Origin: an uncultured bacterium
GTDB taxonomy: Bacteria > Acidobacteriota > HRBIN11 > JAKEFK01
Reading direction: 5' to 3'
DNA: 64,000 nucleotides
Assembly: GCA_963777505.1 (NCBI GenBank)
Contig: CAVZQN010000001.1
Location: forward strand, 352,001-416,000
Each line of letters opens with the position of its first letter. Position 1 is the first letter of the stretch. The notes under the pieces were generated by a model that was given only the letters and a program-made list of their open reading frames with translations, made no database searches and was not told where the DNA came from. Of this stretch, positions 1 to 9,334 are shown one piece after another. The translations under genes were made by a program, and so were the position numbers.

Positions 1-1328
1 TTCAAGCTTCTGATCAGGAGGCTCTTTTACTTTGCACATCAGGCACAACAGGGCTGCCAAAAATTCTGAAGTTGAGCTCCGGGAATTTGCTTGCGGCGGC
101 AAAAACAACGTCGGACACGTTAGGATTAAATCAAAATACGAGATTGTTGAACTTGCTTCCGCTGACACATTACGATGGCATTGTCTCCGGACTTTTCACA
201 GCATTTTATAACTCAGCGACGCAGATCAGGCTTGGACCTTTTTCTGTTTCGCTTCTTCCCGATATTTTTGATGCAGTTTACAAATATCGCGCCACACATA
301 TTTTGTTAACACCATCTATCCTTGCATTGATGTTAAGACTTGGCGAAGAAGTCGAAGAGGTATTTCGGCCGCATGAGTTTGAGTTTGTCATTTCGGTGGC
401 AGCATCGCTCCCGGCCAAAATCTGGTCGGAGTTTCATGAAAAAACCGGCAAGAAAGTTGTTAATGTTTATGGCTTATCCGAAACGGGAAACAATTTATTT
501 GCGGGTCCGGATGAAGCCAGTTACAAGATTGGATCGATTGGTAAACCAGTGGACTGTAAAGCGTTGATTGTGAATGACGCAGGCGAGACTGCAGGTGATG
601 ATGAACCCGGTGAATTGCTTTTGCAAGGGTCGAGTATCACATCAGGATATCTAGGCGAATCAGTCGCGAGCGTTACAGTTAAAGGCGAACAATGGTTTGC
701 CACAGGTGATATCGCACGCTGTGATGAATCGGGTGTTTACTGGCTTTCAGGCCGAAAGAAAACCATCATCATCGTAGGTGGACGAAATGTTTACCCGGAT
801 GAAATTAACAACGCAATTCTTTCCCATCCTAAAGTTATCGAAGTTGCAACCGTTGGAATCCCAGATGAAATCTGGGGCGAGCGAGTTGTAAGCTGTATTG
901 TCGGAAGACCTGGAATCACTTCACATGAATTAACAGAGCACGCCTCGAAATTGTTAACTGACTACAAGGTCCCGCGCGAAATTCATATCGTCCCTGAATT
1001 ACCAAAAGGACGTTCAGGAAAAATTCTGGTGAATGAACTCATTTCACGCTTGATTGAAGGAAGCCTGAAAGAGACTGAAAAAGCGCAAGAGAAATTGGAC
1101 GAAAAGATTTTGAGGCTCGCCTCTGAAAGCTTTAGAGTTCCGATTGAAGAATTATCACTTGCGACAACACCACAGCAATGCAGCCGCTGGGATTCAGTAG
1201 CGCATATGGATCTTGTTGTAAATATTGAGCAAGCTTTTCGTATCGAACTTCTGCCGCGTGAAGTAATCCGCATCACTTCGCTTGAAACAGCAGTACAGAT
1301 TGTTCGCGAAAAACTTTCCGCAAAATGA
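1..1328 (+). CDS. AMP-binding (acyl/aminoacyl-adenylating) enzyme fused to a C-terminal acyl carrier protein; 5'-truncated by the window edge
   Basis: The frame is open from nt 3 and encodes CTSGTTGLPK (AMP-binding signature) upstream of the track start. YGLSE, TGDIA and PKGRSGK motifs follow. The C-terminal ~75 aa contain WDSVAH (phosphopantetheine Ser motif). Confidence 0.85.
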   Translation, partial: QASDQEALLLCTSGTTGLPKILKLSSGNLLAAAKTTSDTLGLNQNTRLLNLLPLTHYDGIVSGLFTAFYNSATQIRLGPFSVSLLPDIFDAVYKYRATHILLTPSILALMLRLGEEVEEVFRPHEFEFVISVAASLPAKIWSEFHEKTGKKVVNVYGLSETGNNLFAGPDEASYKIGSIGKPVDCKALIVNDAGETAGDDEPGELLLQGSSITSGYLGESVASVTVKGEQWFATGDIARCDESGVYWLSGRKKTIIIVGGRNVYPDEINNAILSHPKVIEVATVGIPDEIWGERVVSCIVGRPGITSHELTEHASKLLTDYKVPREIHIVPELPKGRSGKILVNELISRLIEGSLKETEKAQEKLDEKILRLASESFRVPIEELSLATTPQQCSRWDSVAHMDLVVNIEQAFRIELLPREVIRITSLETAVQIVREKLSAK

Positions 1329-2284
1329 AATCCTTTGTTCCATCTCCCCTTCTTGTTTGGATTCTTGTTTCAGTAACGCTTATATCTGGAATTTTCATTC
1401 TGTCTGAAGTTGATCCGGTTCGAGTTCACATCAAACAACGAAGAGAAGAACTTCCTAAGAAACTGGAGAAAACGAAGAAAGCCAAAACGCAGACCGATAT
1501 AGTCTTTTTCGGCGATTCACTGCTGCAGGCGGTGATTCCTTCCACAGAAATCGAAATGAATGAAACCCTATCACGCGTAATTTCAACGCCTGTAAAGGCG
1601 GTCAATCTTGCAATGGATGGACGCACTCCATGGGATTTGGAGCGTCGCTCGGATCAGATCTTAGGGCTGAACCCCAAAATAATTGTCATTCAAAGCGACA
1701 TGATAGTGAAAAGAAGAATCCAGCGAGAAAAAAGATTAAGTTATTTTGAAGTTAAAAAACAAAGGCTGAAAAATTGGATCAGCTATTTAAAAAATCCGTT
1801 AATGCAGCCCATTTACGGAAGCTCAACAAACAAAACAAAGAAGCTGCTGAACGCCCTTTCTTCGCCTGCTCAGGTCGATATCAAAATTCTGAAAGAAAAG
1901 AGTGAGCAGGATGAAATAAAACTTGAACGAATTCATCAGCAAAGAGCGAGGGAACATTGGAGTGGACAAATCATTGGCAGAAACTCACCGGAATTTAAAT
2001 CCTCCAGTCGATTCATTGAGAAGGCATTTTCAAAGGGAATTCACATCATTGTAGTTGAGACCCCTATCAGCGAAACGGCTTCACGTTATGCAACTGAAGA
2101 ATTTCTCCAACGGCGGAAAGAAGTTGTTCTATCGCTGCTGAATGAACCGGATTCATATCTTCAATACCCAAAAGTCCTTCCCGATCGTTTCTTTGACGAT
2201 TACAGTCATGCTAATGCCAGAGGACAAAAGGTTTATTTCAAGTGGCTGACAACTGAACTCGGTAAGACGCTGGAGAAAAAATAA
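1325..2284 (+). CDS. Membrane-anchored SGNH/GDSL-like protein (DltD/AlgJ-like acyl-transfer partner)
   Basis: N-terminal TM helix, FFGDS block I, NLAMDG block II and C-terminal DYSH (DxxH). Overlaps the upstream stop. Confidence 0.7.
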   Translation: MKSFVPSPLLVWILVSVTLISGIFILSEVDPVRVHIKQRREELPKKLEKTKKAKTQTDIVFFGDSLLQAVIPSTEIEMNETLSRVISTPVKAVNLAMDGRTPWDLERRSDQILGLNPKIIVIQSDMIVKRRIQREKRLSYFEVKKQRLKNWISYLKNPLMQPIYGSSTNKTKKLLNALSSPAQVDIKILKEKSEQDEIKLERIHQQRAREHWSGQIIGRNSPEFKSSSRFIEKAFSKGIHIIVVETPISETASRYATEEFLQRRKEVVLSLLNEPDSYLQYPKVLPDRFFDDYSHANARGQKVYFKWLTTELGKTLEKK

Positions 2285-3418
2285 ATGCCGCAGATGTCGA
2301 TTCTTTTTCTCACTTTTTCTGCGGCAACAGTGCTTGTTTACTGGTTGATTCCCCGGAAACGGCAAGGATTGTTTCTTGCGGTCGCAAGCTCCATATTTCT
2401 TGCGAGTCTTGATTTAGTTTCATTTGCTCTTCTGGCTGTCCTTACGCTGATTGTTTACTTCTCTGCGGAAAGAAAAAATGTATACGTTTTGAGTCTGGCA
2501 GGATTGCTTTTACTTTTTTGCGGCGTGCGGATCGCACAATTGCTTCAAAGAACGGATCAAATAAAACACTGGCTCGTTCTGCTGGGTTTCGGTTTTTACA
2601 TTCTAAAGCTTATTCACTACAGGGTTGAACGCCAGGCAGGAACATTTCGTGACCATCATGTCTTGCAATTTTTTAACTACATGCTCTTTTTTCCAACAAT
2701 TACGATTGGGCCGATCAATCGTTTCGAAGATTTCTTGCGATCAGAACGAAGACTGCGTTGGGATAGCATTCAATTTGCAAAAGGCATGGAGCGAATTCTA
2801 TATGGATACGCAAAAGTAGTAATCGTAGCGAATTGGCTGATCGCAGTTCAGCTCTTGCCTTTTCTGAACCAGATGATTCCGGAAACGGGAGCCCTTTCAT
2901 TGCTTGTTGATTCAGCCGTATATGGCTTTCTTTTGTATTTCAATTTTGCGGGCTTTTCAGATATTGCAATCGGACTTGCATTGCTGTTCGGTTATTCCGT
3001 AGGTGAAAATTTTAATCACCCATTTCTTAAACCAAATATCGGTGAATTCTGGCAATCGTGGCATATGAGCCTTTCCGCATGGTGCCGGCAATATGTTTTC
3101 TTGCCCACGTACACAATGACGCGTAATTTGGCCATTGCAATGATCACTGCAATGATGACCTTGGGGTTGTGGCACGAATTTTCGCTTCGCTTTCTTCTAT
3201 GGGGCGTCTATCACGGAGCAGGTCTTGCGGCATATCGTTGGTATCAACACCGGCTAAAGCCTAAAATGCCACTTGTTCAAAGCCCATTTATGAAGCATAT
3301 TGCTCATGGCGCAGCCGTTGCTTTAACATTCGCATTTGTCATTGTGGGATTTACGATTCCACGAAGTTCGTCTTTCACCGAAATCGTTAACAATTTTAAG
3401 GTGTTGTTTGGTTTGTAG
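2285..3418 (+). CDS. MBOAT family O-acyltransferase (AlgI/DltB-like)
   Basis: Polytopic protein with FFPTITIGPI, FAGFSDIAIG, ENFNHPF, FWQSWHMSLS and GLWH (catalytic His). Confidence 0.92.
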   Translation: MPQMSILFLTFSAATVLVYWLIPRKRQGLFLAVASSIFLASLDLVSFALLAVLTLIVYFSAERKNVYVLSLAGLLLLFCGVRIAQLLQRTDQIKHWLVLLGFGFYILKLIHYRVERQAGTFRDHHVLQFFNYMLFFPTITIGPINRFEDFLRSERRLRWDSIQFAKGMERILYGYAKVVIVANWLIAVQLLPFLNQMIPETGALSLLVDSAVYGFLLYFNFAGFSDIAIGLALLFGYSVGENFNHPFLKPNIGEFWQSWHMSLSAWCRQYVFLPTYTMTRNLAIAMITAMMTLGLWHEFSLRFLLWGVYHGAGLAAYRWYQHRLKPKMPLVQSPFMKHIAHGAAVALTFAFVIVGFTIPRSSSFTEIVNNFKVLFGL

Positions 3419-3533
3419 TAAGGCAGGCAGCCGAGCGAACGCGAGGCATTGCCGTAGACTTCGTGTCATCACGGGCTCTAACGGCACTGCTTGTCCGCAT
3501 AAATGCGGACAAACTGCGTGCCTTACTACAAAC
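3411..3533. mobile_element. ~122-bp MITE/REPIN-like inverted-repeat element, copy 1
   Basis: 15-bp perfect terminal IR GTTTGTAGTAAGGCA/TGCCTTACTACAAAC and inner IR GCATTGCCGT/ACGGCACTGC. Homologous to the reverse complement of 27490-27612. Confidence 0.7.
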
Positions 3534-3655
3534 GAGGAATGAGCATGCTGCGTCTAACACTTCGATATTTCTGGTACTTGTTTCTTCTGATAATGATCAT
3601 TTTATTATTTCAGGGTCCGGAGCGAGGGTTTCGCTATCTTGGACTTTAAACAAAT

Positions 3656-5434
3656 ATGTTTGAAATCATTTTAATCCTTGCTCTCCTTATCCTTGCGATC
3701 GTTCTGTTTTCAACGGATCACCTTTCATTTGATGTTGTCGGATTGCTGCTTCTATCCGTTCTTCTGGGAACCAAAATTCTGACGCCTGAAGAGGCATTTC
3801 GCGGATTTGGAAGTGACACGATAGTCATGATCGGCGGCTTGTTTGTTTTATCTGCCGCATTGCTGCGCACTGGTTTGATTGATCGCGTCGGAAAATTATT
3901 ACAGAAACATGCCGGCGATAATCCGCATTATCTTGCGATTCTGATCATGATAACCGTTGCGGTGGCTTCGGCTTTTATTAGCAACACCGCAGCAACCGCT
4001 TTTTTTCTTCCGGCTGTTATTGTTGTTGCGCGCCGCGCAAAAATATCTCCTTCAAAATTGTTGATGCCTCTTGCGTTTGCTTCCATCTTAACGAGCAGTG
4101 TTACCCTGATTTCAACATCGACGAATATTGTAATCAGCGGATTGCTTACTGACTACAAAATGGAAGCGTTGGGGATGTTTGAGCTTGCTCCTGTCGGAAT
4201 TCCAGTCGCAGTTGTCGGTCTAATATACATGTTTACGATCGGGATGAAATTAGTTCCGGATAGAGCCGAGCAGAAATCTCTGGAAGAAACATACAACCTT
4301 CGTGAATATTTAACTGAAGTCATCGTTCTTCCCGAATCAACCTTGATCGGGAAGACAATTGAACAGATCCAGTGGGGGGCCGATCTAAACCTTGTGATTG
4401 TGGGGATCATCAGAGATGACAAGCGGATTATGGTTCCCCGTTCCACAGAAATGATACAAACATCAGACATCTTATTAGTCGAAGGTTCTGCTGAAGACAT
4501 TATGAAGATTAAAGACACGGCAAACCTTGAGATTAAAGCTGATTTTGATTTGCCTGCCGATACATTTCGATCAGATGACGTGATGCTTGTTGAGGCTATG
4601 GTTATGCCTGGATCAAAGATTCGTGGACGAACGCTGAAAGAAGTTCACTTTCGACAAAGGTTTGGATTGACGGTTCTTGCTATTAATCGTCAGGGAATTA
4701 CGCTTCGATCCAAGCTTTCGCAGATCCCGCTGCGGATTGGAGACGTTTTATTGATCGAAGGAAGTAAAGATCGCATTAAACAAGTCGTTGAGGAAGGCGA
4801 TTTGAATTTTCTTGGTGAACTTTCAGAGATTCGCGGACGGCCTGAAAAAGCTATATATGCAATTAGCATTTTTGTTCTAACAATTGCTGTTGGTACTTTT
4901 AAAATCATGCCTTTTTCATCGGCAGTCGTGATCGGAATACTCCTTATGTTTTTATCAAAAACGATTACGCCAGCAGAAGCCTACAATTCTATTGAATGGC
5001 GGATTTTGATTTTAATTGGCTGCATGATTGCATTTGGCGCAGCGATGGAAAAGTCAGGAGCTGCTGAGTTTCTTTCAAAGCACATGGTCGCCTTACTTGG
5101 AAATTATGGTCCGCTACCGGTCCTTGCGGGATTTTTTGTTCTAACAGTATTGCTGACGCAGCCGATGTCAAACCAGGCAGCAGCTCTTGTTTTGTTACCG
5201 GTTGCAGTTCAGACCGCAACTCAACTTCAGTTGAATCCGAGAACGTTCGCAATGATGATTGCCGTAGCGGCAAGCTGTTCGTATTTAACACCTCTTGAGC
5301 CATCGTGTGTGCTGGTTTATGGACCCGGCCGTTATCAATTTCGAGATTTTTTAAAGGTTGGCTCCCTGCTTACAATTTTGATCTTTATAATTGCCATGCT
5401 TCTCGTTCCCTACTTCTGGCCCTTGAAGGTGTAG
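3656..5434 (+). CDS. SLC13/DASS family permease with two TrkA-C (RCK_C) domains
   Basis: SAFISNTA and TQPMSNQAA motifs in the TM halves, and a central soluble region with two TrkA-C-like repeats. Confidence 0.88.
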   Translation: MFEIILILALLILAIVLFSTDHLSFDVVGLLLLSVLLGTKILTPEEAFRGFGSDTIVMIGGLFVLSAALLRTGLIDRVGKLLQKHAGDNPHYLAILIMITVAVASAFISNTAATAFFLPAVIVVARRAKISPSKLLMPLAFASILTSSVTLISTSTNIVISGLLTDYKMEALGMFELAPVGIPVAVVGLIYMFTIGMKLVPDRAEQKSLEETYNLREYLTEVIVLPESTLIGKTIEQIQWGADLNLVIVGIIRDDKRIMVPRSTEMIQTSDILLVEGSAEDIMKIKDTANLEIKADFDLPADTFRSDDVMLVEAMVMPGSKIRGRTLKEVHFRQRFGLTVLAINRQGITLRSKLSQIPLRIGDVLLIEGSKDRIKQVVEEGDLNFLGELSEIRGRPEKAIYAISIFVLTIAVGTFKIMPFSSAVVIGILLMFLSKTITPAEAYNSIEWRILILIGCMIAFGAAMEKSGAAEFLSKHMVALLGNYGPLPVLAGFFVLTVLLTQPMSNQAAALVLLPVAVQTATQLQLNPRTFAMMIAVAASCSYLTPLEPSCVLVYGPGRYQFRDFLKVGSLLTILIFIIAMLLVPYFWPLKV

Positions 5435-5440
5435 TACTGA

Positions 5441-5552
5441 AGGGACCGCGGACGTCTCGTCCGCATAAGGGACCGCAGGCATCTTGCCTGCATAAAAAAA
5501 ATGCGGACTAGAAGTCCGCGGTCCCTAATGCAGGCCTGAGGCCTGCGCTCCC
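5441..5552. repeat. REP-like cluster, family A (four short hairpin units, two per orientation)
   Basis: GGGACCGCGGAC..GTCCGCAT and GGGACCGCAGGC..GCCTGCAT followed by inverted counterparts, between convergent genes. Confidence 0.8.
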
Positions 5553-5555
5553 CAC

Positions 5556-6026
5556 TCATTCCACCATTATCTTTTTTTCCAATATCATTGGCTCACCTCC
5601 CGGCGGAGTATCAGAACCAATGCGACGTCCCCATAGACGGATGATTACCTCTCCCGGCTTTTTGAAATTCAGAGTCGCTGTGTGTGAAAGACGTTTGAAG
5701 ATCATCGTGCATGCGACTCCAGGCTTGGTAGCTGAAGTGAAATCATAGACAAACACTGATGCGGAGGTCTCATCAAGGATCACACTCGTATCGCCTTCAC
5801 GTTCGCAACCGCCGCCTGCAGTTAAAATCTTCACTTCGAAATTTTCGCCAGCCTTTATTTTCTTAGGAGTCTCAATCACATTTTCGCTCTGACTGTTTAA
5901 ATCAATGACTCCAATAACACGCACCTCAGTGGGCGTGTTTGTTTGATCTGGATCAGCGGATACCACCACACTAGAAAAGAAAAACATCAGCAGAAAAATT
6001 TGATAAACCGAATGAATTTTTCTCAT
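5556..6026 (-). CDS. Secreted hypothetical protein
   Basis: Signal-peptide-like N-terminus, two Cys (GGC...VAC) and a beta-rich sequence. Confidence 0.65.
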   Translation of the reverse strand: MRKIHSVYQIFLLMFFFSSVVVSADPDQTNTPTEVRVIGVIDLNSQSENVIETPKKIKAGENFEVKILTAGGGCEREGDTSVILDETSASVFVYDFTSATKPGVACTMIFKRLSHTATLNFKKPGEVIIRLWGRRIGSDTPPGGEPMILEKKIMVE

Positions 6027-6111
6027 TTATCCTCCTTCAGTTTCTATCGCTGGCTTTCAGCCGGCAAAATGCAAAATAGCTCTGCCGGCAGGATGCCAGC
6101 GGTACAAACCC

Positions 6112-7180
6112 TTAACGGGCGTTACTTTTGGGAAATAAGACAAGATCAGGTCTTTGATTCAAGCGTTCAAGCATTCTCTTGGTCATATTCGTTTTTACAC
6201 GTCCCGATTGCTTCGGATGAACAAGATACCGCACGATAGCATCGATCCAGGTGTTTGCGGTTGGTATAACCGAAATAAAATTACAGGAGCTTCTTTAACA
6301 TCAAGTTCATTTACCGGAGTTCGGGCTAGAAGACGTTTGAATACTTGCACTCGCTCCATCATTTCCGAGCCGATTTCTTCTGCTGCAATTTCTTGCATCG
6401 TATTTGCGACAAAGTTTAAATCGCTTTCATAAGCAATACTGAACTTAATTTCATTCCATATATATGGAAACAAGGGCCACGAATAATTGTAGACAGGTTC
6501 GGTCAGAACATTTGAATTTGGAAACTTAATGAGCCTTCCGCTTGGATGATCGGAGGATAAATATTCGCCTCCAAATTCCCATAAGGTTGTATCAAGATAG
6601 CTGACATCGATGACATCCCCCGTTGCTTCTCCGATCTTAATTCGATCACCGACTCGATACGGAGTACGTACAAGTATATAAACCCATCCGATCAAACTCG
6701 TAATAGGAGTTTGAAGGGCAAAACCCAGAATCAAGGATAGTAAGCCTAAAGAAAGAAACGCTGTATACCATTTTACAAAAAGAACAGAGATAACAACGAA
6801 AATAAGAACAACTAAAGTTATTAGTGTAAGAACTCTTCGAAGGTTGTATCGAGAAACTCTGCTGGGAAGACTGCTGATCAAATAATTCTTTATGATCTGG
6901 CTGATACAAATGATTCCGGCGCAAAGAACGGGCCAGCCAACAGAAAACGAGAAAATTTCTCAGAACCACGAAATACGATGGTACCGTTTTCCACCATAAT
7001 GTAGGCGGCGAGAAAAATAACAAATATCAAGACATAAACAGGCAGCCAAACCTTTGCTGGAGCTCTTTCGGCCGGAACTTCGGAAGGGTCCTGTTTTGTT
7101 ACACGTTTCAATTCCTCCTGAACTTGTTCGTGTTCATCTGCTTTTTCAACCGGATCTGCAACTGGAATACGTTCATCCAT
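6112..7180 (-). pseudogene. mscS: MscS small-conductance mechanosensitive channel, split by two frameshifts (probably sequencing errors)
   Basis: The 6195-6881 part has GFALQ..PYRVGDRI..GDVIDV..FPNS (MscS core). The N-terminus lies in ORF 6890-7180 (shift near 6932). The C-terminus NTWIDAIVRYLVHPK...FPKSNAR* is in another frame ending at 6112 (shift near 6260). Confidence 0.8.
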
Positions 7181-7250
7181 ATATCTGTGTAAACTAAGTC
7201 AAAAAGAACCGTAAGCAACAACGCAATGATTATTTTCAAATGTTTTGAAC

Positions 7251-7278
7251 ACGGGCGGCCACAAGGGCCGCCCCTTAC
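7251..7278. repeat. Single GTAG-type REP-like hairpin
   Basis: The minus strand reads GTAAGGGGCGGCCCTTGTGGCCGCCCGT. Confidence 0.5.
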
Positions 7279-7326
7279 CAGTTTCCAGTGACATATAATA
7301 AGAAATAGTGATTTTAGGGTGATCAC

Positions 7327-7716
7327 ATGAAACACAAATTGCTATTGGTCTTGTTTTTGGCAATTTTTGGATGCCGTGAGGCAATGGAAACACCAGATCC
7401 AAATCTGGCACCGGAGATATCCGGATTGCAAATCGTACCTGAAGCCGTTTGTGGCAGCGCAGACGTAAGTTTTACGGTCAGTGATCCGAATCAAGATATG
7501 ATACAGTGGGATGCGAATATGAATGTCTCTGCATTCGGGAACGTAGAGCAAACGTCAGGCAGTGGAACCAGTGGCAGCACAATTACAATAAAATTTAACT
7601 CGACAACCGATTTTCAACATCGCCATAGGGTATCCTTAACTGTCACAGCCCGTGACAGCGCTGGAAACGAAGCTCAACCAGCACGATTGGAGTTTCTTAT
7701 CTTTTACCCATGTTGA
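7327..7716 (+). CDS. Putative lipoprotein with an Ig-like domain
   Basis: Lipobox-like LAIFGC, and N.AP.I...V.D.N.D...VTARD..GN typical of Ig/PKD-like folds. Confidence 0.65.
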   Translation: MKHKLLLVLFLAIFGCREAMETPDPNLAPEISGLQIVPEAVCGSADVSFTVSDPNQDMIQWDANMNVSAFGNVEQTSGSGTSGSTITIKFNSTTDFQHRHRVSLTVTARDSAGNEAQPARLEFLIFYPC

Positions 7717-8999
7717 AATCTTTCATCCATTGTTTTATTGCGATCGCCTTCATTTCCAGCGCGTCCGCAGATTCAAACTTTTTCAAAAAGTACCCTGGAC
7801 AGGGTTCGAATTGTGGTTACGCATTAACATTATCGTCTGCCGGAAATATTGCTGTGGCGGGTCTACAATTTGGCGCTGCTTCAAACAGAGTTCTTATCCA
7901 TGGTCAACTGGATTCAGATGGCAAAGGAACGACACTCTATAGTTATGATACCGGCAGAACCGACGATACTGTGAGTGCTATCGCTCCAACGCGAGATGGC
8001 GGATTCATTATCGCCGCCAATACAAGCGGTATCACCGCACAACGTGACATTTTAATATTGAAGATAAGGTCAAATCGAACGATCGCGTGGAAGAAACGGA
8101 TTGCAACTGACAATCATGAAATCGTTTATGGAATGACTCCAGTCGCCGGCGGATATGTTTTGATCGGCGCCAGCGCGGTCAGTTCAAACATCGATGTGCT
8201 TCTGATCAAGATCAATGAATCAGGCGCTATTGTTTGGAAGAAAACATATGGCGATAGTGAAGCGGAATTCGGATATTCGGTCGCGACCACAGATGACGGC
8301 GGTTTGATCATCGCTGCTGTGAAAGAAGATTCACCATTCGTTTTGAAATTAAATTCCAGCGGACGTCGGATTTGGGGACGAATATTCCCTGATCAAATTT
8401 TTTCATCAGATGGCAGAGTCTCCATTGTGAAAAGCGCAAGCTTTTATTACCTTGTCGGCACTAGCATCAGAGGAGAACATTCGCATGGCGGGCCGGAGCA
8501 TACAGGTATTAGTGTTAGCAAGCTCACTTCTAATGGCGAATTAGTATGGACGCGTGAATATCATTCTACAGATGCATCTGTTGCATGGAACGCAACGGCA
8601 GGAATTAATGGCAACATCATTATTGCCGGACATTCCGGCGCAATTACATCGAAGGCGCTGGTTTTTGAACTGAATCCAGAAGGCAAGATCAAATGGAAAC
8701 GCGCGTATTATCCCGAAAACAGCGCGGCGTTTAATGTCGTACTCAGCGATACAAGCACTTTTATTACCGGATGCACCGGCAGAGATCGCCTTGAACTTTA
8801 TGTCGCCAAAATAGATTCAAAAGGCAACATTCCACAAGCGTGCGGCCGGTGGCGAAGTATCGGAGTAAGTATCGATATCATTTCGGATGAAATGATTGGA
8901 TTCAGTCCGACAGAAAAATCTTTTGCCGGAACTTCGACTTCCACCACGATCACAACCGGAAATATGAATTCCGGAACAAAAGACCTCTGCAATCGCTAG
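7710..8999 (+). CDS. Secreted beta-propeller repeat protein
   Basis: Signal peptide and repeated units of the type DGGFII.G...D..L.K....G...W.K.Y. Confidence 0.75.
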   Translation: MLKSFIHCFIAIAFISSASADSNFFKKYPGQGSNCGYALTLSSAGNIAVAGLQFGAASNRVLIHGQLDSDGKGTTLYSYDTGRTDDTVSAIAPTRDGGFIIAANTSGITAQRDILILKIRSNRTIAWKKRIATDNHEIVYGMTPVAGGYVLIGASAVSSNIDVLLIKINESGAIVWKKTYGDSEAEFGYSVATTDDGGLIIAAVKEDSPFVLKLNSSGRRIWGRIFPDQIFSSDGRVSIVKSASFYYLVGTSIRGEHSHGGPEHTGISVSKLTSNGELVWTREYHSTDASVAWNATAGINGNIIIAGHSGAITSKALVFELNPEGKIKWKRAYYPENSAAFNVVLSDTSTFITGCTGRDRLELYVAKIDSKGNIPQACGRWRSIGVSIDIISDEMIGFSPTEKSFAGTSTSTTITTGNMNSGTKDLCNR

Positions 9000-9017
9000 T
9001 TCGGGTCCGTGATCGGA

Positions 9018-9092
9018 ACTCGCCACCAAGACGCCAAGTCGCCAAGAAATTACTAATGTATTTTTCTTACCTGGCGCCAAGTCGCCACCTGG
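9018..9092. repeat. REP-like family B (CGCCAAGACGCCAAG / CTCTGCGTCTCTGCG type), inverted pair
   Basis: CGCCACCAAGACGCCAAGTCGCCAAG plus a degenerate partner. Related copies lie near 9795, 12576-12637, 13607, 28796-28857, 33487-33655, 50088-50172 and 62962-63035. Confidence 0.65.
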
Positions 9093-9136
9093 GAATCTTG
9101 CACTACGTCCCTTCACTTCGGCTTATAATATGAATC

Positions 9137-9334
9137 ATGTCTCAAAAAAAGAAGTCAAGAAGCGATCTTCTTGTCCGTCGAATCGAATGGTGGCATAAAA
9201 GACTTGCTCCGAAATACCCGGAGATCGACCCCCACGATTTAGATCTGATCATTGCATCCATCCTAAAAACGCCAAAACAAAGAATGGAACTAATGTTCTT
9301 AAAGAAGCGTCCTGATGGCCGGTATGTCTTTTGA
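9137..9334 (+). CDS. Small basic protein upstream of an NTase (possible antitoxin-like partner)
   Basis: 65-aa ORF overlapping the next gene by 20 nt, with a TATAAT just upstream. Confidence 0.6.
   Translation: MSQKKKSRSDLLVRRIEWWHKRLAPKYPEIDPHDLDLIIASILKTPKQRMELMFLKKRPDGRYVF

Noticed and set aside
5441-5552. Palindromic repeat clusters as mini-CRISPRs
   Set aside because: The units vary in sequence and orientation and have no constant-length spacers; they fit REP-like elements.
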